Assembly (NCBI RefSeq): GCF_000315625.1
Contig: NW_005434619.1
Span: forward strand, 120,303-184,302
DNA from: Guillardia theta CCMP2712
Lineage: Eukaryota > Protista > Cryptophyta
Reading direction: 5' to 3'
DNA length: 64,000 nt
Under the pieces are notes generated by a model that ran no database searches, had not been told where the DNA came from, and saw only the letters and a program-made list of their open reading frames with translations. Positions 38,643 to 50,149 of this stretch are shown in pieces. Numbering within the stretch: the stretch's first letter is position 1; every line of letters starts with the position of its first letter. The translations under genes and the position numbers were made by a program.

Positions 38643-40144
38643 CCCCGACTCTTCTTTACCTGCTGGCAGACGTCACAGCCGTAGATCCTGTTGCCCATCG
38701 GCTCCCGTAGCTCGTGTGGGATGCTGCCCTTGTTCTCTATGGTCAGATAGCTGATGCATTTCCTCGCATCCAGCACGTGCTCCCCAACAAACGCGTTCGT
38801 GGGACATGCCGTCATGCACTTGCTACACTTCCCGCACCCTGCCCTGCTCCTCTTGACCTCGTCGGCGGGAAGAGGGATCGTGGTGAGAATCTCTCCGAGG
38901 AAGAAGCCTGATCCGACCTTCGGGCCTGATCCATCCACATACATCAACGNNNNNNNNNNNNNNNNNNNNNNNNNNNNNNNNNNNNNNNNNNNNNNNNNNN
39001 NNNNNNNNNNNNNNNNNNNNNNNNNNNNNNNNNNNNNNNNNNNNNNNNNNNNNNNNNNNNNNNNNNNNNNNNNNNNNNNNNNNNNNNNNNNNNNNNNNNN
39101 NNNNNNNNNNNNNNNNNNNNNNNNNNNNNNNNNNNNNNNNNNNNNNNNNNNNNNNNNNNNNNNNNNNNNNNNNNNNNNNNNNNNNNNNNNNNNNNNNNNN
39201 NNNNNNNNNNNNNNNNNNNNNNNNNNNNNNNNNNNNNNNNNNNNNNNNNNNNNNNNNNNNNNNNNNNNNNNNNNNNNNNNNNNNNNNNNNNNNNNNNNNN
39301 NNNNNNNNNNNNNNNNNNNNNNNNNNNNNNNNNNNNNNNNNNNNNNNNNNNNNNNNNNNNNNNNNNNNNNNNNNNNNNNNNNNNNNNNNNNNNNNNNNNN
39401 NNNNNNNNNNNNNNNNNNNNNNNNNNNNNNNNNNNNNNNNNNNNNNNNNNNNNNNNNNNNNNNNNNNNNNNNNNNNNNNNNNNNNNNNNNNNNNNNNNNN
39501 NNNNNNNNNNNNNNNNNNNNNNNNNNNNNNNNNNNNNNNNNNNNNNNNNNNNNNNNNNNNNNNNNNNNNNNNNNNNNNNNNNNNNNNNCCCCTCCCTCCC
39601 TCCTCCCAGCCCTGACGTAACAACAACTGCCCTCCTCTCTACCTGAGAGATCCTTTCGCCTTCTCATTCGATCCTCGCGCGCCAGGAAGTTCATCTCTCC
39701 GTGGTACCCGCTCTCTATCCATCTCTCAAACGCCTCCATCCTCTGCGATGGCTCGCTGGTAGTCACATTCGCCCTCCACAGACCGAGCTCAGCCGCCTTA
39801 TTCTTCATCCTCTCCCTCAGCGTCAACAGCGCTTCCTCGTCATCCATGGGTACCGTCAGAGGACCTGCATCAACGACGTTCTTCGTCTTCTTCTTCCTCC
39901 TCTTCTTTGGCTCCCCCAAGCTGCAGAATCCCCTCCATCCCTCTATCCCTAGCAGAGACCTCCCTCTTCCTACCACTGGCAAAACATCTCGTCTTTCCAT
40001 CACTGACGAGTATCCTCCTCCTCCTCCTCCTCCTCCTCCTCCTCCTCCTCCTCCTCCTCTCGCTCTGCTCATCGCGCCCGTTGAGCTCCTCACGCAGGCT
40101 CCCGTCCATGGCGCCACGATACCAGCGATGCGCCTGCTCAGCAT
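37807..40144 (-). CDS. queG: Epoxyqueuosine (oQ) reductase QueG, intron-containing, with a mitochondrial-type presequence; middle lies in a gap
   Basis: WIESGYHGEMNFL; GSGFFLGEILT; CGKCSKCMTACPTNA; LDARKCISYLTIE; GNRIYGCDVCQQ|VCPWNKF; SPIKRIGLARFIRNVAVAAGN; EHLEWA. All eight 4Fe-4S cysteines are visible. GT-AG introns. N-terminus MLSRRIAGIVAPW...RGFCS. Confidence 0.93.
38477..38641. repeat. (CAGGAG)n array in a queG intron
   Basis: Lies between the GCDVCQQ and VCPWNKF exons. Confidence 0.9.
38950..39588. other. Assembly gap inside queG (other gaps at 12289-12388, 14400-14499, 28766-28865, 30821-30920, 32910-33468, 36726-37243 and about 52478-52577)
   Basis: Runs of N, most of them flanked by simple repeats. 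Confidence 1.
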
Positions 40145-40273
40145 GTGCGGGCGAAACTTTCCGAACTTTGAGCAACTGGATTTCTCAAACTCGACATGCA
40201 AAAGTTTCCGAAATTTCCTCAGGCTGTCGGGGAGGCAGAGGGATGGGCGTACCAGCTGCTCACATGTACTCTT

Positions 40274-40317
<44 letters not shown>

Positions 40318-40556
40318 AACCCATCTACTGCCCTTCCTCCTCTTCCTCCTCTTCCTCCTCTTCCTACACATAGTAGGTCTCCATCTCCTTCACAGTCGTC
40401 GACTCTCCTTTCCTCTGCTCCCATTCACTCCCCTCAAACCCCCAATGTCACCATCCTGTTCTCCACTTCCTTTGTGCCCCCTCCCTTTCACAAACCTGTG
40501 CTACATTGCTCCGGTGCCCTGAATCGCTCCTCGCATCGAACACCTTCACCAGATTC

Positions 40557-41666
40557 ATGTTCCTCCTCCGCCGCCTCTCTCCTCACCACGACGTCTCCTC
40601 GGCACAGTTCTTCACTCCCAAGGCGGGTAGGAGGACCATTGTCCAACCGCTCGTGCCGATCTCCTTGCAGCGAGCGAGGAGGAATCGTCCCAAGGTTCGC
40701 ATTGCTCGCCTTGCTCCTCCCCCTGGGCCTCTCCTCCTCATGCACACCTTCCGCCATCACGGGATCGGAAGAGCATGGCAGCATGAGATGGGGGGGGCAT
40801 GCGGGTCGAAGAGCGACGGCGATGCTTCGAATGAGGGGGAAGGGAGTAGACTTCCTTGTACGGCTGGACGACTCGGAGGATCCTAGAAAGGTTTACGGGG
40901 ACCCGCTCCCTATAGGGCTGGCGTGGGTGGACAATGAGAGGAGAGAGAGAGAGCGAGAAGGGGAGGACACTGTGAGTAGGAGCAGCTTGCAAGCCAAGGA
41001 GGAGGAGGAGGAGGAGAAGGAGGAGGAGGAGGAGAAGGAGAAGGAGAAGGAGAAGGAGAAGGAGAAGGAGCAGGAGAAGGAGACTGTGGAAGTTGACAGC
41101 TTCGAGAGGACAACGAGCTCGCTGTTGGAGAGGGTCAGTGCGCTCATGCAGGAAGGCGAGGTCGACGAGGCTGTCAAGGTCATGCAGGAGCTGATCACTC
41201 AGGTGGGCCCTCAGCCCAGCGTCGTCCTGCGTCTCGTGCGCCTGCTGGTTCTCAAGGGAGACTTCTTTGCTGCCAACGAAGTGGTGTTCCAGGCGTGCAA
41301 GGTGAGGGCGGACGGGAGAGGAGGAGAGGAGGCAGGTAGACGGGTTGGGTGGAAAGAGGAGGGGGATTGAGAAATCAAGGCACGGGACGATCTGGGGGAG
41401 AGGAGCAAGAGAAAGAGAGCGGAGGGATACGGACGGAGAAGGTAGGAATAGACAAGGAGGATATGAGAGCGTGAGAGCGGTGTTGTATTGAGCGACAGCA
41501 TGGCAGTGAACATGCTGACTGAGTTCTTACCAACAGAAATTCCCTGACGACGATGAAATGTTGTTTATCAAAGCTAGTCTGCTGAAGCAACAAGGCTACC
41601 TCGGGGAGGCTGAGAGCTGTTATAGGTGAAACTGCTGCTGCTGCTGCAGCTTGCTGCTGCTGCAGC

Positions 41667-41706
<40 letters not shown>

Positions 41707-44527
41707 TTCGCATGCTGTGTCACTAAGCTCTTCGATTCTCGTCTTTCTTCCATTGTTGTCTTGCTCCATGATGATGGTGTCGAGCAGGAGGGTTCTGGAG
41801 ATGAACAGCAAGAATGCGGACGCTCTCTGTCATCTCGGAACTCTGGTCGCCGCCAAGTCGCCTGAGGGTTACAACGATGAATCAGAGATGGTCCTTCCTC
41901 CTCCTCCTCCTCCTCCTCCTCCTCCTCCTCCTCCTCCTCCTCCTCCTCCTCCTCCTCGTGATGCCACTTCATCATAGTCTTCGTCCGCCTCTCGCTCTTC
42001 CTCCTCCTCCTGCTTCCCATCCTGCTCTCCCCTCCTCTTTTTCTTCCCCTCTCCTCCCTCTTTGAATTGGTAGCCCCATCTATCTCCTCCTCCTCCTCAT
42101 TGTCTTTTGCTTCACTTACTTGTCCTCCGTTGCTGCAGCTGCTCTCCGCCGCTCTTTCCTTGAAGCCCGATGACGTCATCATATTGACCAACTACGCAAA
42201 CATCCTTCAGAACCGAAAGAGTTTCGAGCGGGCCGGGCAACTCTTCAAGAGGTTTGCTACCTTCACCTGTCTTTGCTGTCTCCTTTTCCAATGCTCCTGC
42301 TAGCTGTTATGCGTGGTTTTAACATTTCTGTCGTTTCCTCTCTTCTCCTCTCCTCCCTCCTTCACTCCCTCCTCCCTCCTCCCTCTCTCCTGCTTCCTCC
42401 CTCCTGCTTATCCTTCCTTATCCTCCTACTGTCAACTTCGCTTCTTCGCCTCTGCCTCCCTCCAGGGCACTAGAGCTGCAGCCCCAACGAAGTCTCCTGC
42501 ACAGCAATTATGCGGCGCTGCTGTGGGACAAATACCAGGAGGAGAGGAGGGAGGGCAACCAAGACCAGTCAGACTACCAACGTGCGCTCCTCCTGCTCAA
42601 GGAGGCTGTTCGGCTAGATCCCGAGCATGCTCCATCCTTGAACAACTACGCCAGGCTGCTCGCTCAGGAGGGCGAGACAGATGCCAGGTTGTCTCCTTCT
42701 CTTCGTATCCTTGTACATGCTCTCCTCTCTCCGTCAGTCTCTCTTCGGTCCTGCTGTGTCGTCCTGCTGCTCCTTCCCTCTGTTCCACCCGATGCCCCTC
42801 CCTTGTCTTCCTGGTGACTCGTCACTTCCCCTTGCTTCTCCGCTTCTTTCCTCTTTCTCGTCTCCCTCCTCCCTCTCATTGTAGATTTGGCAGTGCTGCT
42901 GTGCCGAATGAAACTGAAGATGCCAACGAGATCTTTGAAAAGGCTCAAGAAGTCGATCCAAACAACGGAGAGATGAAGGTACCGAGGAGGAGGACGAGGA
43001 TGACGAGGATGACGAGGAGGGGTGAGGGGGAAAGCTATGACAATGACAATGACAATGACAACAAAAGGTTCAACATGCGAAGCATCTCATCAATCAGCGT
43101 TTGTTCCTCCCTGCCAAGGTCCATCCTCCCTCCCTTCCCCTCTCTCCCCTCTGCTCTCCTTCCTCTCGTTCTCCTCCTCTGTCTCCTCTCTCCGCTCTCC
43201 GCCCTCTCGTCACACGATCACAGGGCATTCTAGAGGAGGCTCTGAGCATGGACCCTCCTGTCAGCAACGAGCTCAGAGCAGAAGCGTTCATCCTGCATGG
43301 AATGGTCTGCTACCGCCTCCTCCCTTCAGCTGCCGCTGACATTGGTTTGAGATCTGCGAGGAGGAGGGAGGGATGCAGCAGCTCAAGGCAGCGGTCAAGT
43401 ACTACCAGCAAGCGCTCGAAGCCCTCCCGCACTCCCCTCCGTTCCATGCTGTCTTCCGCCATGCAGCACTGGTGAGGGATGACGATGGCTTGACTTGTTC
43501 GTTCGTGCGCTCCTTTTCCTCCTCCTGCTCGTCATCATCATCACCGCCATCATCATCACCACAACCACCATCACCACCATCTCCATCATCTCCATCATCT
43601 CCATCATCATCATCAACAACAACAACAACAACAACAACATCTTCTCCATCATCATCATCATCGCTCTATCATCGCTCCATCATCCTTCTTATCCTCCTCT
43701 TCCTCATGTTCATATGAATTATCAGAGTTTTCATGGATCTTGTCTTCCCCCTCTTTTCACATTCTTGCTGCTCCTTTCCTTTCCCTGTCCTGGTTCTTTT
43801 CCCTTCATTTCTCAGCTTGCTACACAGCAATGGATCTGCATGGAGAACCTGGAGGAGGCCGAGGAGAGCTTCAAGAAAGCTCTTGAAATCCAGCCAGACA
43901 GCAGGGAGTGCATGGTAAGGCACAGAGGGGGGGGAGGACACTAGCGGCTGTTGTCAGGGAAGCGAGGGGAGGAAAGAGGGTGGGAAAGTGCTGTTGTTAG
44001 GATACAGTGAAGTTGGAGGGAGATTGCATGGCTGGTTTGCCAAGGAGGAAGGAGGAGGGGGTCCAAACAGGAGTTGGAGGGGTCAGAAAGGGAACGAAAT
44101 CCTTGCGAGTACTTGACCATGGCCCAGGTCCAATACGCTATGCTGCTGTGGGAGGGGAAAGGAAATGATAAGGACGCGCTGCTGCTGCTTAGGAGGAAGC
44201 CTTCCTCACTCCGAACCTCATTTCTCCTGACCCTTCTGCAGAGTGCTGGAAGTCGATCCCAAGGACAAGACAGCGCTAGACGCATGTGCGCAGATCCTGG
44301 AGCAGCGGCAAGTTGGCTACTGTGAAGACGAGCATGTAGCCAGATCACTGCGGCAGGTTGCGGAGGAGGAGGAGCAGGAGGTGCAGGAGAAGGCCCTGCT
44401 TGAAGACGGTCGAGGGTCGGGAGGAGGGAGAGGGAACAGGAGGGGTTGGAGGAGATCGCTCAAGTCTGTAGTTCACCGTTTGAGGGCAATCGTTGCAAGA
44501 TTGTTTCCATTCCGTAAACGAAGATGA
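40557..44527 (+). CDS. Multi-exon TPR-repeat protein, probably secretory or plastid targeted (start uncertain)
   Basis: Repeated TPR motifs: AESCYRRVLEMNSKNADALCHLG; ALSLKPDDVIILTNYA; ALELQPQRSLLHSNYA; AVRLDPEHAPSLNNYA; AEESFKKALEIQPD. Hydrophobic FALLALLLPLGLS segment near the N-terminus. Confidence 0.85.
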
Positions 44528-45074
44528 TGAAAAAGATAGAGCGACAAAACTGTTGAGGGGAGGGAGGGAAGGGGGGGGGGAGAGAGAGAGGAAAGACTGA
44601 TCTGATGGAGAGGAAGAGAGATTTGAGACTAACAGGATGAAAGACGACGGGATAACAATACACCAGAAGACTGGGAAAGAAGAGGGTATGGAGGGCAGGT
44701 AGTCATAGGAAGAGTCAGCAGAAATTGGATCGGGTGTGAAGAATGGAGGAAGAAGACAAGAAGACAGTAAGGCAGGAACACTGTTCGTCAGATATCTTTC
44801 CAGTTGTTCGTTACTTTCCTGTAGGTGAAGTGAGAAAGCAAGCATGAGCTCCAGCAAAATTCGCAAATATGTCGGCAGTGAATATAGATGAAGCAGGAGA
44901 CAAAGAGTGGAAGACGGGCACGGGGACAAGGGAGGGAGGAGGAGCGCAGCAGAGGGCAAGAGAAGTTGTAATTACAGCTTTGTCGATGGAGCAAGGGACC
45001 AGCAGCAGGACAGCATCAGGACAGCATCAGCATCATACTGGACAACAGCAGGAGGTCGGGGAGTTCTGTCCCTA

Positions 45075-46563
45075 TCACCTGTGCGCAGAGAGACAAGTTG
45101 TCGAGCAGTACTGGAAGGTGAACTTGCTGAAAGACTGCCTCGACTTGGGGAAACCTGTCAGCAAAAGTCATGGACGAGGAGGGCGAGGGAGAGAGCATCA
45201 CTCTGCTTGCAGCTGCTGCACTCCCACACCTCCTCCTCCTGCTCCGACTCCTCTGGCTTCACGTAGTAGGACAGGATGCGGGCAAGGTTCCCCCTGCAGA
45301 TCCGATCCATCTGCTCCGCACCGAGTCGCATGCCCATCATCCTCGGAACGAAGTTGCGAGGGATGTGCTGCAGTCCGAACCCTCCTCCTCCTACCAGCTG
45401 CATCTTGTACTGGAAGCCGTGAGATAGGACTATCTGCTCGCCATAGCCTGCCGTGACCTTGTCACACCGTCAAGCGTGCTGGTCATACTGTCGTACCCTG
45501 GGAGACCATCTCGGCTATGCAGAGCGCGATGCGGTCGTCTCCTGGCGCCATGACGTTGTAGTGCTGCAGGAACGCTCCTGCGAGGTCCCCGTGAGCATCC
45601 AAGACACTCAACTCAGCGCCTCCTCCTCCTCCTCCTCATCCTCATCCTCCTCCTCCTCCTCCTCCTCCTCCTCCTCCTCCTCCTCCTCACCAGAACATCC
45701 GATACAGTCCATGGACACGTTGCAGCCTCGAGCCAGGACGGATCGTAAGTAGTCTCTATCGTCGCAAGAGTACGCCATGTTCAGCAGCACCGTCCGCTTC
45801 AGGCTCGCACCCTCCGACGCAACAACGTCCATCACCTCCTTCCCAAGCTTGCACCCCGGCTCCAGGTCCACGAAAAGAGGAGCTCCCGTCCTTGCCTGCA
45901 CCCTTGCCGCGGCAACCAGCACCCTCCTCTCCTCATCATGGAAGTTGGAGGACACACCAATCCCTCCTATGACGCCTGCTCTGATGGCTCCTTCCTCGTC
46001 AGACTCCACACACCCTCCCACCAGGTCCCGCTCCATCTTCATTGCAATCTCATCGGTACTCTCACCCACTAGGTAAGAGGGATGAAGCACATGAACGCTG
46101 AACCCTGTTCCCATCACAACGTGCACCCCAGTGAGCTTCGACAGCTTTCTCAGCATCTTCGGATTCCGACCGAGCGCTGAATAGACGTCAACGTGCATAG
46201 TGACGAGAGAAGGTCCTAACCTGGCACGGTCGTATCGACGACCAAGGTCCCTCCAGCCGCCTTGAAGCTCCTCATCTCCTGCTCTGCCATCGCTGCCTTG
46301 TTGAGGACTACGTTGTCCAGGTTGCTCAGCGGATTCTGCATGATCCTCCCTCGGTTCTCGAGCGCCAAAGGAGCATGGAGCAGTTCGGATGGGAAGTCGC
46401 GCGTACCTTGAAGAAGCTTGACGATAGAGGTCTGGTCGATGAAGAGGTGCTCATTCGATAGACACAACACGGGACCACCACCACCTCCTCCTCCTTCTCC
46501 TCCTCCTCCTCCTCCTCCTCCTCCTCCCATTTCCACCTCCCCCGTCACACTCATTATGGACAT
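45075..46563 (-). CDS. Phosphotriesterase-related (PTER/PHP-type) protein, predicted catalytically inactive, with a C-terminal VATC-like treble-clef zinc finger
   Basis: IMSVTG..LSNEHLFID; FKAAGGTLVVDTT; LGRNPKMLRKLSKLTGVHVVMGTGF; IRAGVIGGIG; AARVQARTGAP; GYGEQIVLSHG; GGGGFGLQHI. The spliced C-terminus reads WECSSCKQSFPKSRQSFSKFTFQYCSTTCLSAHR*. Confidence 0.88.
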
Positions 46564-47144
46564 GGCTGCAAGGGGTGGATCCGCGGAAGCCGGCAGAACA
46601 GTGCATGACCACCTGCTGACACTACCACCTTGAATGGCCTGCATCTTGGAATTTTGATTTCTGAGCCATATAAATATTTGAAAACAGCAGCAAAATATTC
46701 AATTAGTTTCACTTGACTGACCCCCTTAAGGACCCTTGTGATGACCAATGCTGATATAATTCACCATGTCCAGCGACTCCCATCAATATAAAATCTACCC
46801 TCACCCCCTTCGATACTTTAAAAGGACCCGGTGAATGGTGATCTGAGTAATAATGATTTAAAACTTGCTAGTAGCAGATTACAATACTTATTAAACTACA
46901 TGAGCACCCCCACCCCCCTTAAAACTACCTCACCCTCGCAATTCGTCTTATCTCAAATGGTCCCCCGGATGCTCCGTTCAGTCTGAGCGAGGAGGTACCC
47001 CCTATTTTCACTAGTAGAACTACCGGTATGAAGTCTATTAAAAGATAAGACCATCCCTACCCCCGTAGAATGAGTACCCCAAATTTGAGTACCCCACCAC
47101 ACACCATTCCTACCTGCATGGCCTGAGCCGACCGGATCTTCCAG

Positions 47145-50022
47145 ATGGCAGATAGGAGCGCGCAAGGAATGCCTCCTCCTCCTCTCATGTCAGACGATAC
47201 CAACACTTCATCAGAATCATCATCCTTCTCGTCTTCCTTCCCGCATGTCCCGGGAGAGACGCTATTCCTCCCATTCTACAACGAATCCCTGTGGGAAAAG
47301 GTTCGTAATTCCCTCCTACCGTTTCCGAAGGACTTGGACGAGCTTACTAAGGCCATGCAAGCTTATATTCCGGGCATTTCTCAGCTTCGCGGGCTTCAGG
47401 CAGCGATCGATGGAGTAGGAGGAGGGCCAGCTTGCGAGAATTTCTTTACGGAGACTCTGCCGGATATCATTCAGTCGGCGCTGAAACTGCAGGAGGTCAT
47501 GAAGAGTTGCAACATTGATCGCATCCCCCTCCTCAAAGACATCAAGACTACAACCAGCGCTGTTTTCAAAGTCGTCTTGCCTCGTGTGCTCGTCAGATCC
47601 CTCATGGCAAACATGTTTCTGTGCACGTTCCAAGAGCAGCGGGGGATGGAGGAGCCCATGCCTACCTGCACCTTCCAGGTTCTGCTGAGGAACACCTCAG
47701 TGCAGGAATGCGCAAAGTTGAGAATGTTCATCCACTACTTCGAGCGAACAAAGAGCGGACATGTTCCTGGTTGTGTCACGATCATACGACAGAAGATCTA
47801 CCTTGACGGGATGTAAGAGCGAGGCACTGCGATGTGAATCTGTTGACATGATATTTCTTTGGAAGGATCCTGGAGAACAGCAATAAGCCTCTCCTTGGCA
47901 TTTCTGTTGCTCCAGCTGGAGTTGGGTTCGAGGACGATGACAATGGGAAGGATTGTCTGCATGCCGACTTTGCGAACATGTACATTGGAGGAGGGGTGTT
48001 GACAGGAGGCTGTGTTCAGGTTGAACCTCTCATGTGATGTGTTGAGCGCACGATAAAATCGTGTTGGACAGGAGGAGATTCGTTTCTCGATCTGCCCCGA
48101 ACTGATCATATCCTGCCTGACATGCAGCGTCTTGAATCTTGGAGGTTGTTCTCATCGCACCGCCCCTTAGTGGTTGTTGATTGATTTTTCCTGCAGAGGC
48201 AATACAAATCCTCGGAGCAGAGCAGGTTGGATATTTCATCAAGTACTCACAAGAGTCTTACAAGCTCTTGTTTCAGTTCTCTTCATACTCGGGCTATGGG
48301 TTTGGTTTAAGGTTCGCCGGCCCGTTTGTGGACAATCAAAGGCAGGCAGATGACGGTGAGCGAGCGCTAGAGGGAGCGCGTTTGTGTGCTGGGAGGATAC
48401 GGGGAGAGGGCGGGGGAGATAGGGAAGGGGAAAAGGGAGGGGGAGGGGGAGGGCTTGGAGGAGCAAGGAGATCGCAACGGAGAGTGAATGCTCATCGGTT
48501 GAGCGACGTTGGTGATAGGTACCATCCTTCGGGGAATATTTGCCATGGATGCGTATGATGGGCGGCGAAGAGACTTCAACATAAGGGTACAGCTACAGGT
48601 ACGGCGTTCCTCCCTCCCTGACCCTCTCTTTGACTTCCTTCCATCCCTCCCTGCCTGTTCTCCTCCCCTCGAGCTTCCTCGCCTGTCTCTGATTTGACCG
48701 CCTCCTCTCCATAACTTGCTGGCTCCCGCCCCTCCCTCTCCCTTCCTCCTGAATTGATCAGTATTGTGAAATGTTTTGCTTCTTGCAGGAAGCCATGATG
48801 CTCAGGGAGATCAACAAGGCCGCGGCAGGGTTTTCTCTCATGGATGTGAGTCCTCCTCCTCCTCCTCCTCCTCCTCCTCCTCCTCAAGCTATCCTGACGC
48901 TCGCCGCCACAGGACTCTGTGAAGCAATTCTCCGTCTTGGCAACCGGTGAAGAGAGAGAGGGAGAAGGAGAAAAGACAGGGAGGGACGGAGTGAGGAGTA
49001 AGAGACCAAGGGAGAGGTGGACTGGACCATAGACCCGAGGAAGTGACATAGGATCTCTGTGCTTGCACTTACCATATTGCTCCCCTTCTAGGCAACTGGG
49101 GATGCGGCGTGTTTGGCGGGTTTGCTCCTCTGAAGGCGGTAAGGAGGTGCTACAAGTTATCCGCCATCCTCACACGTCTGCAGCTCCTGCAGTGGCTCGC
49201 GTCTTCCCATGTGGGAGTATGCATACGATATTTCCCTTACAACGAGGTTGGGCCTCCGCACCATCCTCCCTCTCCCACCCACTTCCAACCCTCATTTACT
49301 TCCTGTCTTCCTTGCTTCTTCTCACCCCCACGCCCCATCCCCTCGGTTTGTTGATCACTGCCTTGCCTTTTCCTCCCTCTCACTGACCCCATCCAACGTT
49401 CCTCTTGCTTTTCGCTCTTGTCGTAACGCTGAACGCTCGCAAAGGATTTTGGACCAGCCCTGCAGAAGCTGAGCGCGACGCTGACTAGTCGGAGATGTAC
49501 CGTAGGTGACCTCTGGAAGGTGAGGAGAGCGAGAGGAGGGGAGGGCGAGAGGAGAGGAGAGGAGAGGAGGAGCTAAGAGAGCATGCAGGGTCTTGGAAGG
49601 CTGTCAAAAAGGATGAGCTTGAAGGGAGACGGGGCTGTGATGGAGAGGTTGGCGAGTGAACGAGGGCGAGGAGAGAGGAACTCATACAGCAGCGCAGATT
49701 TTACGAGGAGTTGGTCGAGGAGCTAGGGAACCTTGGAACTAGCAGACAGAGTCCATCAAGAAGATCCGACGGAGACTGTAAGAAATCACCATGCTTCTCC
49801 TCCCATCCCCTGCTTCCCGCCTCTCGCATCTTGCCCCCTTCCCTCCCAGCCTCTTCCTACCCTGCTCTGTCCCTGACTCCCTCCTGCTTCCTGCTTGTCG
49901 TTCATTGTCGTCTTAACATGTTGGGTCAGGATGGGGACATCGGGCTAAGTGGGCTCTGCGAACTTTGTGGGCTTGTCTTTGGGCGAAGCCTGAAGATGAG
50001 GGGAGCGAGTGCGGAACGCTGA
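47145..50022 (+). CDS. PARG: Poly(ADP-ribose) glycohydrolase (multi-exon; 3' end approximate)
   Basis: LMANMFLCTF; KLRMFIHYFER; HADFANMYIGGGVLTGGCVQ|EEIRFSICPELI (GGG-x6-QEE signature); GAEQ|FSSYSGYG; LREINKA; ATGNWGCGVFGG; LQWLASS. Confidence 0.95.
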
Positions 50023-50149
50023 CTCGGAGCTGGAAGGAGGATACAATCAACCGGGCGGAGAGGGATGGGGGCTGGAGAAGCAGGCGGAGAACAAAAGAGG
50101 AAGGAGGAAGGAAGGGGAGGAGTTACCTGTCTCGATCACACTTGCGCTC

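Noticed and set aside
37807-40144. queG as bacterial contamination
   Set aside because: It has spliceosomal introns with host-type repeats and a presequence, and is flanked by eukaryotic genes.
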